From Balanoglossus misakiensis (lineage: Eukaryota; Animalia; Hemichordata): 64,000 nt of DNA. This document shows positions 35,401-52,400 of this stretch, piece after piece. The notes beneath the pieces are model-generated. The model was not told the DNA's origin and ran no database searches. It was given only the letters and a program-made list of their open reading frames with translations. The DNA lies in NCBI GenBank assembly GCA_040954595.2, contig CM082586.2, forward strand, positions 62,001 to 126,000, read 5' to 3'. Each line of letters begins with the position of its first letter. Position 1 is the first letter of the stretch. Both the position numbers and the translations under genes were made by a program.

Positions 35401-36918
35401 CAAACATCACAGAGCCATATTTCACACATCTGATACACGACATGACAGATATCGATCGCGCTATTGATCAGTTGGAGAGAATAAAGGGTATATTCATCGA
35501 GGACGTAAGAAGAAAATGTCTGTATTTCAAAATGGCTTGCAAAGACTTGCAATCTTTGGACATCTTCTGGTCGGAATATCAAGACGGAAGACTGAATGCA
35601 ATGTTCCAGAACGAACTTGTCAATGAAAGAACGCTCAAAATCGCACAGGCTTCCGAGATCGTGCTCCGGACGACAATTACTGAATTAGATTACGCCAATT
35701 GCATCCAGGATCTGACAACACCACTGGTGGACTCAGCAAAGAAATCAAAGACAGCCTCCAAATACAAACCGTCTCTGAGAGTGAGACAACTCGCTGTACC
35801 CAAGAAAAGGAGAACCTCGAAAATGGTCAAGAAAACCTTCCATCTCGAGGACGAGGTCGCCGCGACGCCGAAAGTTCCCAACCCGTCGCCAGAAGTTCCA
35901 CTGTCACAGTTGCTAAAGGTTGATCGCCGTGAAAAGCCTGAACAACACGACGAAACAGTAGAAGATGGCGATGACGTAGCCTCTCAACGTCCAATCAGTG
36001 GACGTGTAACAAAACAGAAGAGACGATCAAAATCAACCGTGGAAGACGTGAAAGAATTCGGACGAAAATTGACGCAGATGATATCAGATGGTAAGTAACT
36101 GCTAGAGTTCAATGTGTTGTGGTTGGTGACTGTTTATGACTGACAGGGTAAAAGTTGACTACCTTAGCTGCGTGGCAGAGGCAAGGGTAATATTTTCAGT
36201 TTCCGTTTTTAAGCATCGATCAATATTATCATACATTAATGGTTGACCTTTTTGGTTTGAAGGTCTCGGTGAAAACGCAGAACCAGCAGCAACGGCGATG
36301 GAGTTAAACAGAGCGCGGGAAATTGTGCGAAAGTCCCTAGAAAAGACAGGTGCGGATTACGCCCTATTTGAACTTGAAATCCAACGCTTCATACAAGCTT
36401 TGAAATCCGTCAAACCGATCAAAGTATCAAAAATTTGCACCTTTTCAGAAGTTGAAATGTACGCCAAGAAAGCAGTTGAAAAGGCTCGTTGGCAAACACC
36501 GTCACCGGGTCTGGTTATTAAGAGTAAAGACGGGAAGAAACTGGAGAGAAAAAGTTCGTTGACCGATGAACTGCTGAATGTCCAGTTTATCGAGGAATTT
36601 CTGAACACCATCAATGAATTGAGAATCATACGAAAGCTTTTCGATGAGAAGATTTGGTCAACATTGTCCACATTTTCCAAAACGGAAGGCCCAAATCAAC
36701 GCAAAATGAAAGAAGAAATGGTGAAGATTCTTGCCAAGTGGGACAAACTACTCGCAGAGGATAATAATTTCTCGAATCTGACATTTCCTGGTGTCAAGCA
36801 AGAACTGAAGCCTTACCAAGTCCGTTGCTATGGCGGCGTGGTCAGTGTTGTCCGCCATATTGTTGAGGTTGCAAAAAGTATCGACACCCCGTTGGAGAGT
36901 TACCTGGAATACAGCTAA
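29418..36918 (+). CDS. Uncharacterised death-domain protein with a central DEDD-C-terminal/TRADD-N-like domain
   Basis: Exons 29418-29448, 31791-32087, 33113-33217, 34903-36090, 36263-36918 (TAA); all introns GT-AG and phase 1. Death domain: VLRRVASELKRREWAYLAGILGL...QKYEMLLLWKQIYGESANVETLASALDKM. The first and third exons are less certain. Confidence 0.78.
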
Positions 36919-39528
36919 TTCGCGACAGAGACTGGTTTCCCGCCGATGGAAGGAAGTATTAGACTATTCAAAATGTCCCTTGCGAATATTTCTCAGTAAA
37001 ATGACTGACTAGGCGGCATTGTGTGCGGTAACAGCTACAAACTAATTATAAATGCCCCACACCGAACAGGGCGTCTTCATATAACATTTACTTATTACAC
37101 ACTCTTCTGTTTTGAAATAGGATTTTTCAACTTCGTGCCATATATATGTATTGAAAAACATAGATTTTTTAAAACGTAAAATATGATATTTTCGAAAGAT
37201 TTTCCCCGGTTTTGACAGCATATAACATGAAACTGCTGTCTTGGTTTCGGGGTAGCCAGCCACTACGAACGAAACCACGTGAGTGTTTTGATGTGAAATA
37301 CAAGGCTGAGCTTTCATAGCATGTAAAATAGACATTTCATTTGTATGTGTACTTTTCCCGCCAGGGACTGAATATTCATCTCAAATTGCCAAAGGATTTG
37401 TTTTGTATTTTATAAGTTTTTGGTCTTCCTATAGCATTTGTGAAATTTATAGTCAACCACATTTCATACGGTGAGACAATCTGCTCAAATTTTCAGAGTC
37501 TTGGGGGCGCTCTAGACCGACATCTTACTACATTTGTAACTTTAAAACCATGAAGCTTGCATTGTACCAGTATTAATGTGTTTAGATCACTGCTACTGTC
37601 ATGTCATGTCGTTTTAAACTATATACAACTACACTTAAATGTTAATGTAGAAAATGTTTGATTTATTTGAATGCGGAAGTAGCTTTGTGTTACCCATGAT
37701 CAAGCACGATTCAGAGAATTTAATTTTTGTAAGTAAACGTGTGTGAAATTGTACATTTTTAAATACGAATAGAGTTATTGTACGTATTGGCGTCATATTT
37801 TCGTTTCCCATGAGAAATTAGTGATGTGCTTTTGAGAACAGACCTATAACCACCGGCCGTCGACGACAACTATGAGAAAGCCACATTTTAAGAGAATCGA
37901 CTGTCGTCATAATCTCAACAAAAAGATTGCGTTTTGGCTATCGTGTGGACCGCAACTCTGAAGAGTTTTCGATGAAGGGTTAAACAATTTTGTTCACTTT
38001 TCATCATTTCAGTCGAGTGAAACGAGCGTAATTATCATTATTTTAATAACAAAATAAAGATTCCCGCGGTAATAAAGTGAAAGTATTATATATCCATATA
38101 GTTGATGTCATTTGGCTTTGTAAGGGTGAAATGCATGATGTTTATTTACTCGGTTTTAAAGCCAAAGCAGAAAATTGTCACTTCTTTCGGAGACCTTATT
38201 ATCGAACACGTGACCATGCCAAGCTTATTAAACTTTTATGAGTTTCAATATCCGGCGTCAGGACGGTTGTGTGTCTTCTGATAGATGCGCTCATATTTCG
38301 TTGTATTCAATCGTGTTATTGGTTTTCGTTTGGATTCAAATCAAAACGTACCTAAAACTGTCGCTTTGCCTTAACGATGTATGTCTGTGTTGAGCCAGAC
38401 TTCAATTCCTGGCCAGACAAAATAATCGGGTTTAGTTCTCTGACCATGCGATCGACTGGCGTTATGTCATTCGAAAGAAAAGAATCAATTATGTCATAGT
38501 ATTCCATAGTCTTACTCACCGATCCGTAAGGTCAAGCGAAAGTCTCGTATAATATATAATACGAACCATGGCCGTTTTAACGACTCTGTGATAAAACAAA
38601 ATTCACAACAACAACAACATCAACAACAACATTTTTTTTCGTATTTTCTTACAGACATTTCGGAGTTTGTCTACAAGTCATGCTCTTGGGATGGCGTGTT
38701 ACCTCAAATCACAGATATGCAACCCTATGATGCTAACGTAATGCAACATACATCCCTGCCTACAGTGGTATCGACCTCCAATAAATGTCATTTTAATTTG
38801 AATGCAGCTTTCAGAGTTATAAATATTTGAAACCGTCCGTATGAAGCAATCTCATTTGTAGTTAATTTACAATAGAAATCCTGTCATTTTGCTTAGATCA
38901 CCCGGAAACGTTCGTTCTCGTTGACTCGAGGTCAAATACTACGCTGAATTCCATCGCTATTCTCTCTGATGCCAGAACCGTACTCAACGAAAGCATCCAC
39001 GTCATCTTCATTTATTTGATCTGTAAAGATGATGAGAAGTTTAGTTTCCCGATTACAGGCTGCGGGTAAGTTCATCCTCTGACCCTCCTAATGGGCAAAC
39101 CGGACATGTGGGACACCTTGGTAAGTACATGTATTGATAAAAAAGCTGAAACAATCATAACGCCTTTTATATCTCAATATCAACCTTTCTTCTAAGAAGA
39201 AAACTCTAAAGGATCTCGGGTCTCTTAAGGCAACAGCTTTTGCGAATAGAGATTAATGGACCCACTTAGGCTTATACACGTTGTCCTAAATTTCTAGTGT
39301 CTTAGGTTTGCCGCCTCAGAGTCAAGTCCAGTCATACAACACTGTAAAGCAAATTTTTGGGCCTTATTTATTTCTATTTAATTGTCACGTTCATTTTATA
39401 CGAATTACGCGATAGCTAGTAGGCCTACATAATTTTCACAACGATACACTGGAAAACGTAGAACGTAGAGTTCATGAGAAAGCGTGCGCCCTCACAAGAC
39501 AACCCCTGTGTTTATCTCCATGGAGATT

Positions 39529-39540
39529 CAAAATGGCGGC
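39529..39540 (+). promoter_or_regulatory. YY1-like motif in the probable MORN2 transcription start region
   Basis: CAAAATGGCGGC, followed by a GTAAAT donor-like site at 39547. Confidence 0.4.
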
Positions 39541-39670
39541 TCGCAGGTAAATGTTGTTTACAGCCAGAGAACCAGTTCCATCGGTGAAATTTGGCCGCAT
39601 TGTGTGTATATGTGCAAGTCTTGAAGCATTCCTCACATTTCAACTGACGTAAGCGTTGTTATAAGTCACC

Positions 39671-43757
<4,087 letters not shown>

Positions 43758-44491
43758 TCAATATCTTGACATTTTTCTACTTACATGTATTCATTTAAGT
43801 TTTATAAAAAAAAGGAAATTTGCTGACAGGAGACTATGTGTATGAAGACATGGAAAAGAGTGAAAAAAGTAAACGTAAACTGAGATTTTTTGTATATAAT
43901 CGGTTTATTTCATTAAATGTAAAATGACGTCAATGCAAGTAGCAAAACGTACTGTGGAATACATCTGTCTGTCATTACTCGTAGAAAATGTACCAATCTA
44001 ATTAATGTTGTAAACTCTGACCCTATTTCATAACAAGGTTCCGAGGAGTAAACACTTGACCTCGCCAGTTTGCAAACAATAAATCACATAATTCCACAGA
44101 GTGCCTATTCAGAAGCACTCATAAATTTTTCCCGCTGTAAAATACATAAAAATGCAAATGATTCTATCCATTTTAAATAGGCTACCCTAATTTGTGACGT
44201 GGCGGGTTCATTATTCTGAAAAGAGAAGATTGGCAGAGAGACAATGATCAAATACATCACTAATCATTATTACTTAAAGTGTAAAGTTTGCTTTTTTATA
44301 TGAAAATTCATATGTGTCACAGTTATTTATATGATAGCAGATGAGATGTCAAATTAATTATGAAAATTGTTGGCTGACCCCCTTTCTGCAAACATGCCAG
44401 CTGCACCATGGTAAAGATAAAATTGTGCTCAGACAGTGAGACATGCAATAGAAAAGAGTTAATATGATTCTTTATATGAAAACATGGACGT

Positions 44492-45559
44492 TCAAAAACA
44501 TTGTTGTATGGCATTCAAAATGGCGATATCTTCACAAAATTGCACAAGTCCTGTATTTTGTTCACGGTCGAGTACTTCACAGATAGCATTTCGTCGTTTG
44601 TATCGGTTGTCTTTCAAATATTTATCTAACTTTTTGTCCTTCCACGCGCTTTGTTTTTCACTATATGGACGGAAATCGAGATCGCCTGCTGTATACAGAT
44701 CTTCTCTCCTGAAACCTATTTCATAATGAACTTGGGTCGGACGTTTTATCACTTCAGGCGAAACAGTTTTAGCGACAGGAGGTACCCTGCCTCCACGACG
44801 CCCCCTAGAAGAGCCAACTTCTTTAACATGTGCACCGATGGGAGGCAAAGATTCCTTATATCGCAGCTGAACGTTTCCATGTTTTGAGTTTTTAATGTCC
44901 GGGGAGTCTACAAAGTAAAGACCACACTTTTGACCGCTTAAATGATTCTCAGGGGAATGTTCACAAACGGTGATGGCAGGAACATGTAATTTATTAGCTG
45001 GCAATAATCCACTTCCCATGACACTATTTTCGTAAGAATTTCTCTCATGAAAACCATTGATTTTGTCCCACGGAACATTGTTGTAGGTTCTCTTTTTTTT
45101 CTTCCGCTTCCGCCCTTCGACTTGATTGCCATCTTTCAGATCCGCCATCTTTGTTTTCCCCGAATCCTTCTCTGGCTCCTCTGTTTGATACATAGAATGA
45201 TGGCCGACGAGATTTTCACGTGAAGCCGGGGACGCTAATGGCGGTAGTTTAACAGGTTTTAAATTGGCAGTTTCCGTAGGATAGACACTTGACTTTGAAG
45301 TGTTGGCAGAATCGCCAAGTCGAACTGTGGATGTGTATGAGGATGAGTAGAGATCGTTATGACGGGTCTTTTGTCCAAAAGATGATCGGTAACCATCCAA
45401 AGCCATCATTCTGTCATCAAGTGGCGGCAGTGATCGATTATTGTCTCGTCTTCTGACATCACGACGGACGGTGGAATTTGGCGGTCGCCCCCGTCGTACA
45501 TTTTCCATCATGTTTATTCCATTAAAGCGGGTTGAAATTCCACGGATTATATTCTTCAT
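44492..45559 (-). CDS. Uncharacterised 355-aa basic, largely disordered protein with a C-terminal PKI-like pseudosubstrate motif
   Basis: 1068-bp ATG-to-TGA ORF in AT-rich DNA, not overlapping another gene or repeat; contains RKRKKKKR (NLS-like) and YLKDNRYKRRNAICE. No family recognised. Confidence 0.75.
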   Translation of the reverse strand: MKNIIRGISTRFNGINMMENVRRGRPPNSTVRRDVRRRDNNRSLPPLDDRMMALDGYRSSFGQKTRHNDLYSSSYTSTVRLGDSANTSKSSVYPTETANLKPVKLPPLASPASRENLVGHHSMYQTEEPEKDSGKTKMADLKDGNQVEGRKRKKKKRTYNNVPWDKINGFHERNSYENSVMGSGLLPANKLHVPAITVCEHSPENHLSGQKCGLYFVDSPDIKNSKHGNVQLRYKESLPPIGAHVKEVGSSRGRRGGRVPPVAKTVSPEVIKRPTQVHYEIGFRREDLYTAGDLDFRPYSEKQSAWKDKKLDKYLKDNRYKRRNAICEVLDREQNTGLVQFCEDIAILNAIQQCF

Positions 45560-46434
45560 CTAGTCCATTTACATGTTAAACAACAAACTGATGCAAATTC
45601 AACTCCAGCCATGATTCTATCGTTGGCAGAAAAATCGAGGCTTAAAAACATATATTATATCCCGCGCCTCCATCCTACCAGATTCTAAGCCACAAAGACT
45701 CAGATCAAATAGGGATGCAGTCTTCAATATAGTAGCAATCTGTGGAAATATAATAAAGTACGAAATTGATAACGTCAGCATGATTTCAATTGGGAATTAC
45801 CATAGCATTGGAATTATATTCAAAGGTAAACCATTATACTGAAAATCATTTCATGGTTGATTGGTAACAACATAGACTTATCGATCATAGCTTTGCAAAA
45901 CGACTCAGTCTAGTATTTTATTACAAAGGCATACGCATGCGCATATGCAATGGCGAGCTGGAAACTGTTGTTCATGATCTTGTTTATCAAAAGCAGGTTG
46001 CCTTAGGAACATAACGTTTCGCTTATCAAGTCTCCAGCCACGTGTGCGCTTTCTCACGATTATCGAATGACGTACACAGTTTGGGAGCAAGACGACATTG
46101 TCAAGTGTTCTGTTTTACCCACGCAAATAATTGGAAGATGAAGACTCTAAAATAGACACGAGCAGGTTTGTTTTGTGGCAGAGAGTGTTAACGAAGTGCA
46201 AGCTATAATGAGATCCGCCAGGATATCAATAAAGTGTTACACCGCTGATTGCCATAGTAACTGCTCGAGGATTTTTGGACATCGACATATATATTTGATC
46301 CTCTTATAAACCTGTCCTTCATATTCACCTGACTAATGCAGTTCGTGAAATCTTTTCAGTCACAGTCTCTGCCCACTAAGCCCCTTTAGACTTTGTGTCG
46401 CTTGCCGCTTAATCGTTACAACGTGAGGTTACCA

Positions 46435-46448
46435 GTTGCCACGGAAAC
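46435..46448. promoter_or_regulatory. RFX X-box-like motif upstream of the 355-aa ORF
   Basis: GTTGCCACGGAAAC; a second near-match ATTGCCATAGTAAC lies at 46248-46261. Confidence 0.45.
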
Positions 46449-49400
46449 GGTCCAACCAGTGCCTACGCACATCGAATATATCATTGCAGATCTTCGCTGG
46501 TTTCACTCATTCTTGGTCTATTTATCTCGTTCTTTTCCGACATTTTAACGGTCTAAAGATCGCTAATGGGATTCTATGGGATTACTGTTACTGTCACCGG
46601 CTTATATGTACGAACTTTTAAAGTCAGCGTGCTTCTTGACTACATGTTGGTTTTGCATTTAGGCTATGCACGTCTCGACTCTTGAATCGGAATAATTTAA
46701 ATGGATCAACATGTACAGACACGTGGTGGTGCTGATTCCTTGCTTCGTGCTCAGATTTCATGGTGAGGCACGTCGAGCAGCTCACCTATGGAGTGAAATG
46801 TATCCCGTTTCTCCAGGGTGCACTTCGACGGTGGTTTCAAACCGCGCATCAATGATGCAGTTCGTAATATCAGCAAGGCGTAATGAAACAGTGATGGAAA
46901 TAGGTGCTCCCATAAAAGGTGTGCGGGTATGTGCCCCCCCCCCCCCGATGGGCCAGTTTTTCACTAAAATACCTAAACATGTGTATAGAGTTTTATCCGA
47001 AAAAAAAAAACTAAACATTTGTCGATAACATAAGAAGTGTCCCAATGCTTTTGAAAATCACATGCAACAGAATAACTCAAGGCACAGAGAATATCTGGGT
47101 AAGTATCAGACAGATACTCCTGGTTATTAATAATGTCATACCATATGTCTAACGATAACATATTCTTCATGTCGTGCCGAAAAATTAAATGCCTGACTTT
47201 ATGCAAATATTGACGTAAAGTTAACATTTATTGAAAAGAACAAGGGTGATTTTTCTCTATGAAATTTGTGAAAACAAAAGTAACCAAGGGAACGGTGTAA
47301 ATAGTTGGTTAGGATATACAAAACGTTTACTGTGTATCGATAAATAAATCAACATGTAAACTACTCTACTATATAGTCAGCCCTACGGTGAATCTAAATC
47401 TGCACACGTCAAGCTGAAGTGTTTGTACACGATATTGTGATGTATTTGAATGTCGTAGTTTATCGCCATGGCAATAAGGTGGAAGGACTACCGTGCAGTT
47501 TTGTCTTACTTAAAAATGAGTCATTCAAGGTGATAATTAAACTCATCTTAGGATATATCATGCGGCCATTATGTAAGCATCAGATTGTTAATCGCAGAAA
47601 AAGGAAATTGTCTGATTTTTCCGAGTTGTGCAGTCATAGACCTGCACATGCATAAAATAGCGGGAATGCAATTAGGCCTACGTTCCTTTTCGTCGTTCAG
47701 TTGTAAAGTGTACGAAGATGTGAGTTGCCCTCGCTTGGAATTGGGGTTATACTGTCCAGGGTAGGATTACCCTACTTTCCTTGCAGCCGAAGGCTAATTG
47801 CACTTTCGATAATAGGTTTTGCTGTACCAAGGGATAGGTAAAACTATGCCGTATATTGCCATTCTCGCTTCGTGTCGAAAATCAGTACCCCTCCCCCGAT
47901 AATTAAAGTTGCGAATGAGATTGATGAGATTGATAAAATAGTTACAAAGATCGAAAGTGAATGATACACGAATCACTAAAATAACATTTTCTTATTCAAA
48001 CAAATATTATACATCTCCAGTGTCACCAGTCAAGCGACACCTATACAAAACAGTCAGAAGGGTAAGTGTAACAGAAACGCCAGGCTTTGTATTAAGGTTA
48101 CACATACCTTTTGTAAATAGTTATAATCAAAACCAGGGAATATAATCCAATAATAGTCCAGAAGATTTTGAGCAGGATAGACTATCCAGAAAATGGCATG
48201 TGATTACTTTACTAAACTTCAGACACCAGGTTTACATGCCTCAATGTCCTCTAGGAACACACATACAGTGCTCTGCCCATATTCATAGACATTGAAATCT
48301 CGGGGATAGTGAGACTAAACATATTGCCATCTTAACGGGAACGCAGTGTTTGGTCAAGTAAGCGGTGCTCCCATAGTTCCCTTTTTTGTAGTGGGGCTTT
48401 GGTGATTTAGTGATTAGTTCTGCCCACGCGGTGTTTCACAATGTTGAGGAGAAGCATTGAAAATCTAATGGATAATGACAGCCATATATACTCATTCTCG
48501 CTAACTCGTGAATGACCTTTTGCAAATACAACTTAACGGGTTCTGAGAAGGCTTTGTACGACTGGAGCTACACTTTGTAATGGGTTTTGTGAATATTGAA
48601 TCATCTGTTCACACGACATTCGCGAAGAAAGTAATGCCTACTTCGGAAATCGTTCCCATATCAAGCACTGTAAGTGGTGTTTTCTGTAAGCTTCGACTGA
48701 TATCTTGTACAGGAGGCTTATGTTGTTATCTACTAGAGCACAGCATCTAACAATGAATTTGAAGAATGAGTGCGAGATAGCGCATTCACTAATCAATATA
48801 ATTGGAGTTAAAGTGCGAAGTGGACAACTTTTGTCCATTACATTATTAATAACATGACCCCTGTTTGACACACGGGTAATAAAGCGTAAATTGTAGATTG
48901 AATGTATTCTGATGACATGAGGTGTGAGAACTGCGTTTACGATGTGTTTAGCTCACCATGCAGAAGAACAGTCATCACAATCAAACTAGAGTATTTTGTT
49001 TCTATTGTTCATATTTTATCAAACGAACCACAGCATGTTGTAGAAATTACAAGCAATCAACAAATGTGGTGCGTGTTACATTTGTGCCGGTCGTGAATGC
49101 GTCGAACTGTTTATGAACATTAAAGTAAGGCACATGGCTGTGAGCGACATTTGGAAGAATAAACTAAAAAACTGAAACTCAAATATTCATTTTCAGTGGC
49201 AAATTACAGTCAGGGAAACACGACATGTGATTAGTATTGATAAAGCATGTCGACTCATTTGACAATTACGCTTTTTCTCCCATTACGAGGACAGCTGTCC
49301 TCAATTTCTCATCCAGGTAGGTATTGTTAAAAATGTGTAAGATGAGAGGTTGCCATGGAAACAAAGGGAATTTAAAAAAGTTTCCCTCACCATGCCATAT

Positions 49401-52400
49401 CAATAACATGCCTGAGGTACCATCATTGGAATTGTGAAGAAAACTAAAATGATTTTGAAGAATCATGTTGTTTCTATGGAAACACGGGAGGACACTTTTG
49501 TTGACAACGGAAAAAATAAACCACAAAACGATGTTCGTCTGAAGATCCCTAAAATAACATAATTATTTCACAATGAATTATGAATTCCCATAAAAACATT
49601 TTGTTTTATCAAAATGACGGCGATGCTTTTATAATGATATTGTTATTATATTATTTCATAATAATAGAGTTGGAGCGCCACTGAACGGATTAAAATTCAG
49701 AGCAAAGTAACCCCTTCGTTCTTTGCTATATTAGAGCTTATGTTTAATCGTTTCAAGCGTCCAAAATTGGTCCTCATCTAACTAAAAGAAATGCCTTTTT
49801 CAGCTTAGTATAAAAGAAAAGTTTAAGACATTGGCAAATATGTAGGCATTCTGAATTTCAGAAGTTTCAGATATTCTCTAATCCGCATCCGTATTGCTTT
49901 GAAGGCATTAGCTAATTTGTACCCATATTGAATTTCAGCTCTTGGCTAACTCTTTAACCGTCTTGTTCTGTCATCTCTACATTTGTAGGGTGATCAATAC
50001 TATCGAAGATCCCTGGCTGATTGCTGATTAATTCTTTCTACCGCAATAATAGCCTTGTCCTTTAAAACGGTTTTGTTAATATTACCATGGACACTAGAAA
50101 AAACATCGTATTGTTTTCTCTAGTATGTATTGCATTACTTGCTTGATTTTTGCAAGAGCTTTGCTCGCCATATATATGCAGTGGTAAAATTCAGACTGAA
50201 GACGAAGTGGTTTACATGATAAATAGGAGAATTTATATCGGGGTGTATAAGCCGGACTTCAAATTGACCTGTTTACTCTTTTTTCGGCCCCAAAATTCTG
50301 TGGTTTAACAGATTTTCATTCCCAGTTCATTTCAGGCGTGATTAGTTTATTCCAATCCAATAAACATCGTAATTTACACAATTAACATTAACGTACATTA
50401 AAATTGCGAGATCTAGAGACTGAGAGATGTTACAATGACAACGATGTCTCTTGTTTGGTGTTATGAAAGAACCAATCAATACATTCAAGAATCCACTTCA
50501 TTGTATAGCTCCCTCACAAGTGCGAACACGAATCCATACAAACCGTTTACCACTGTAAAGGTACACCTGTGTTCATGTATACGTAACTTTCCTATCTAAA
50601 GGTCGTCTCCCTGGGTCGTCAACAAATCCTCACATGAATAAAGTGTGAAAGCCGATTGCTAGAAGTGGCCATGGCAGTATATTTCTTTCCCTTAACGACA
50701 AAGAGCTGCATTTTATTAGAACGCCATCTTTAATTCAATGGCTATTTCTTTCATGCATAGCAAAAAATCAACCTCACATTAGCAAAGGTCATATTCATCA
50801 ACGGAATTCGATCATTAGTCCGTTTGTCCGTGGCTGGTATGAGCACAACCGATACAAAAGAAAATTGGCAGAGCAAGATCGACCCAAAACAAACGGTCTT
50901 CGACGCCAATATCAGATAGCCGACGTTGACACCGTTGCCATGGTGACGCTGAGCTGTAGTATTCAAATTTTCTGTGTCAAATCTTCGAAGGGATGTTCCA
51001 TGATTAATCTTTATTGTGTATCAATAAAAATAGCTTGTTCCATTTTATTGTCGCCCGTCGACACAGTATTGGCTAAGTACCTCAGCCTATACCATGCGAG
51101 AGAGGGTGACATTCATTGCACAGCTGGTCTTGGCAAATTTAGCCATATTCATATGTCCAAAAACACACTAATTCAATTAATCCAGTGCAGTGGTTATAAA
51201 ATCATTTTATACAGAATCGAGTATGGCAACCACTGCCTACATTCATCTCATTCTAACACCGCATGTGAAAAAGACCCCTAGCAATCTAATTGCCATTTCT
51301 GTAATAAAAGTCTAAAATCTCAATAAACGGCCAGGGTTTTCCAATTAATGTGGTCAATAATACTGAGGCCAACAAGGTATTTCATGATTATTTTGTGCGA
51401 GTCTCTAACAGCCAAAAAGCACATGGGTCTATTATTTGGTCACTGAGTCAAAGACTTCTGTAAACCATTTAATCAATCGGGCGGTGTGTATAACGAATAA
51501 CCAAACTCTGCAACGTCATGGTCAAAGAGCATTCCAGGCTGAATGTGCGTGGTCAATGTAACGGTAAAGCGCTTTCTTAAACCTAAAAATCAATGTATTA
51601 AAAAAAATTGGTTGGTGTATGTAATGGAAAGAACAATTAACCGTGGCTTCTCAGGTGTGCGCTCGCACATTTCTTTGTATAGATAAATTTTGCAAATTGT
51701 ACATGAGGGAATTTATGTGGCTTCGAAAATGCTTTCAGAAAATGGAAATCGTTATTTAACGAATTCGCCAGATAAAAACTCGTCTATACAGTGGAGAGGA
51801 GAGAGTCAGAAATCAGCAAAGCATCTATTTTTTCTTTCTTCTTTTCAGATGATTATTCTCTCCCCCCCCCCCCATCTCCCTCACCCCCATCCCACCACAC
51901 ATAATGGGTATGTGACACATGATCTCACAAATTGTGATAAAACCCTAAAGTGCGCATCAAGCACATTGGGAACTTTTTGTCACGATGCAAAAGCCTTAAA
52001 AGTGTCAGCAGAAAACAAGTCGTGATAGGACATGAAAATTAGAGTCAGTTTCAAGAATTCCATTTCCTCAAGCATATGTGCACTTTTGCCTAGCCGTTCC
52101 TAGATTTATCGATTTTCCCCAAAAGGTAATAATTGTTGGACCCAGCCTTGAGTGAAAAGACCGTATTGTAAATGAATAAATATCTCCAGATGGATGACAA
52201 TCTCCGTGTTGAAAACGTATTGGTGCTTTTTCATCGATTTCCTTAGCAATAAATAACAAAACTAACTGGAAGATGCAGCATAACGGAAATGGAATGTACT
52301 CATTGTGAAAGTCCTTCACTATATTCATTAATACTCTTGGATGTGATATTTTGTCGAAGCTCTTGCTTGATCTTTAGTTTCAATAACAGAAAAACAAAAA

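Noticed and set aside
39533-39546. ATGGCGGCTCGCAG|GT as the first coding exon of MORN2
   Set aside because: It is 14 nt long (phase 2), incompatible with the phase-1 exon at 42579; more likely a YY1-like motif or non-coding exon.
46925-47030. Poly-C/poly-A bracketed segment resembling an interspersed repeat fragment
   Set aside because: Single copy in the window with no TIR or TSD found, so it cannot be supported.
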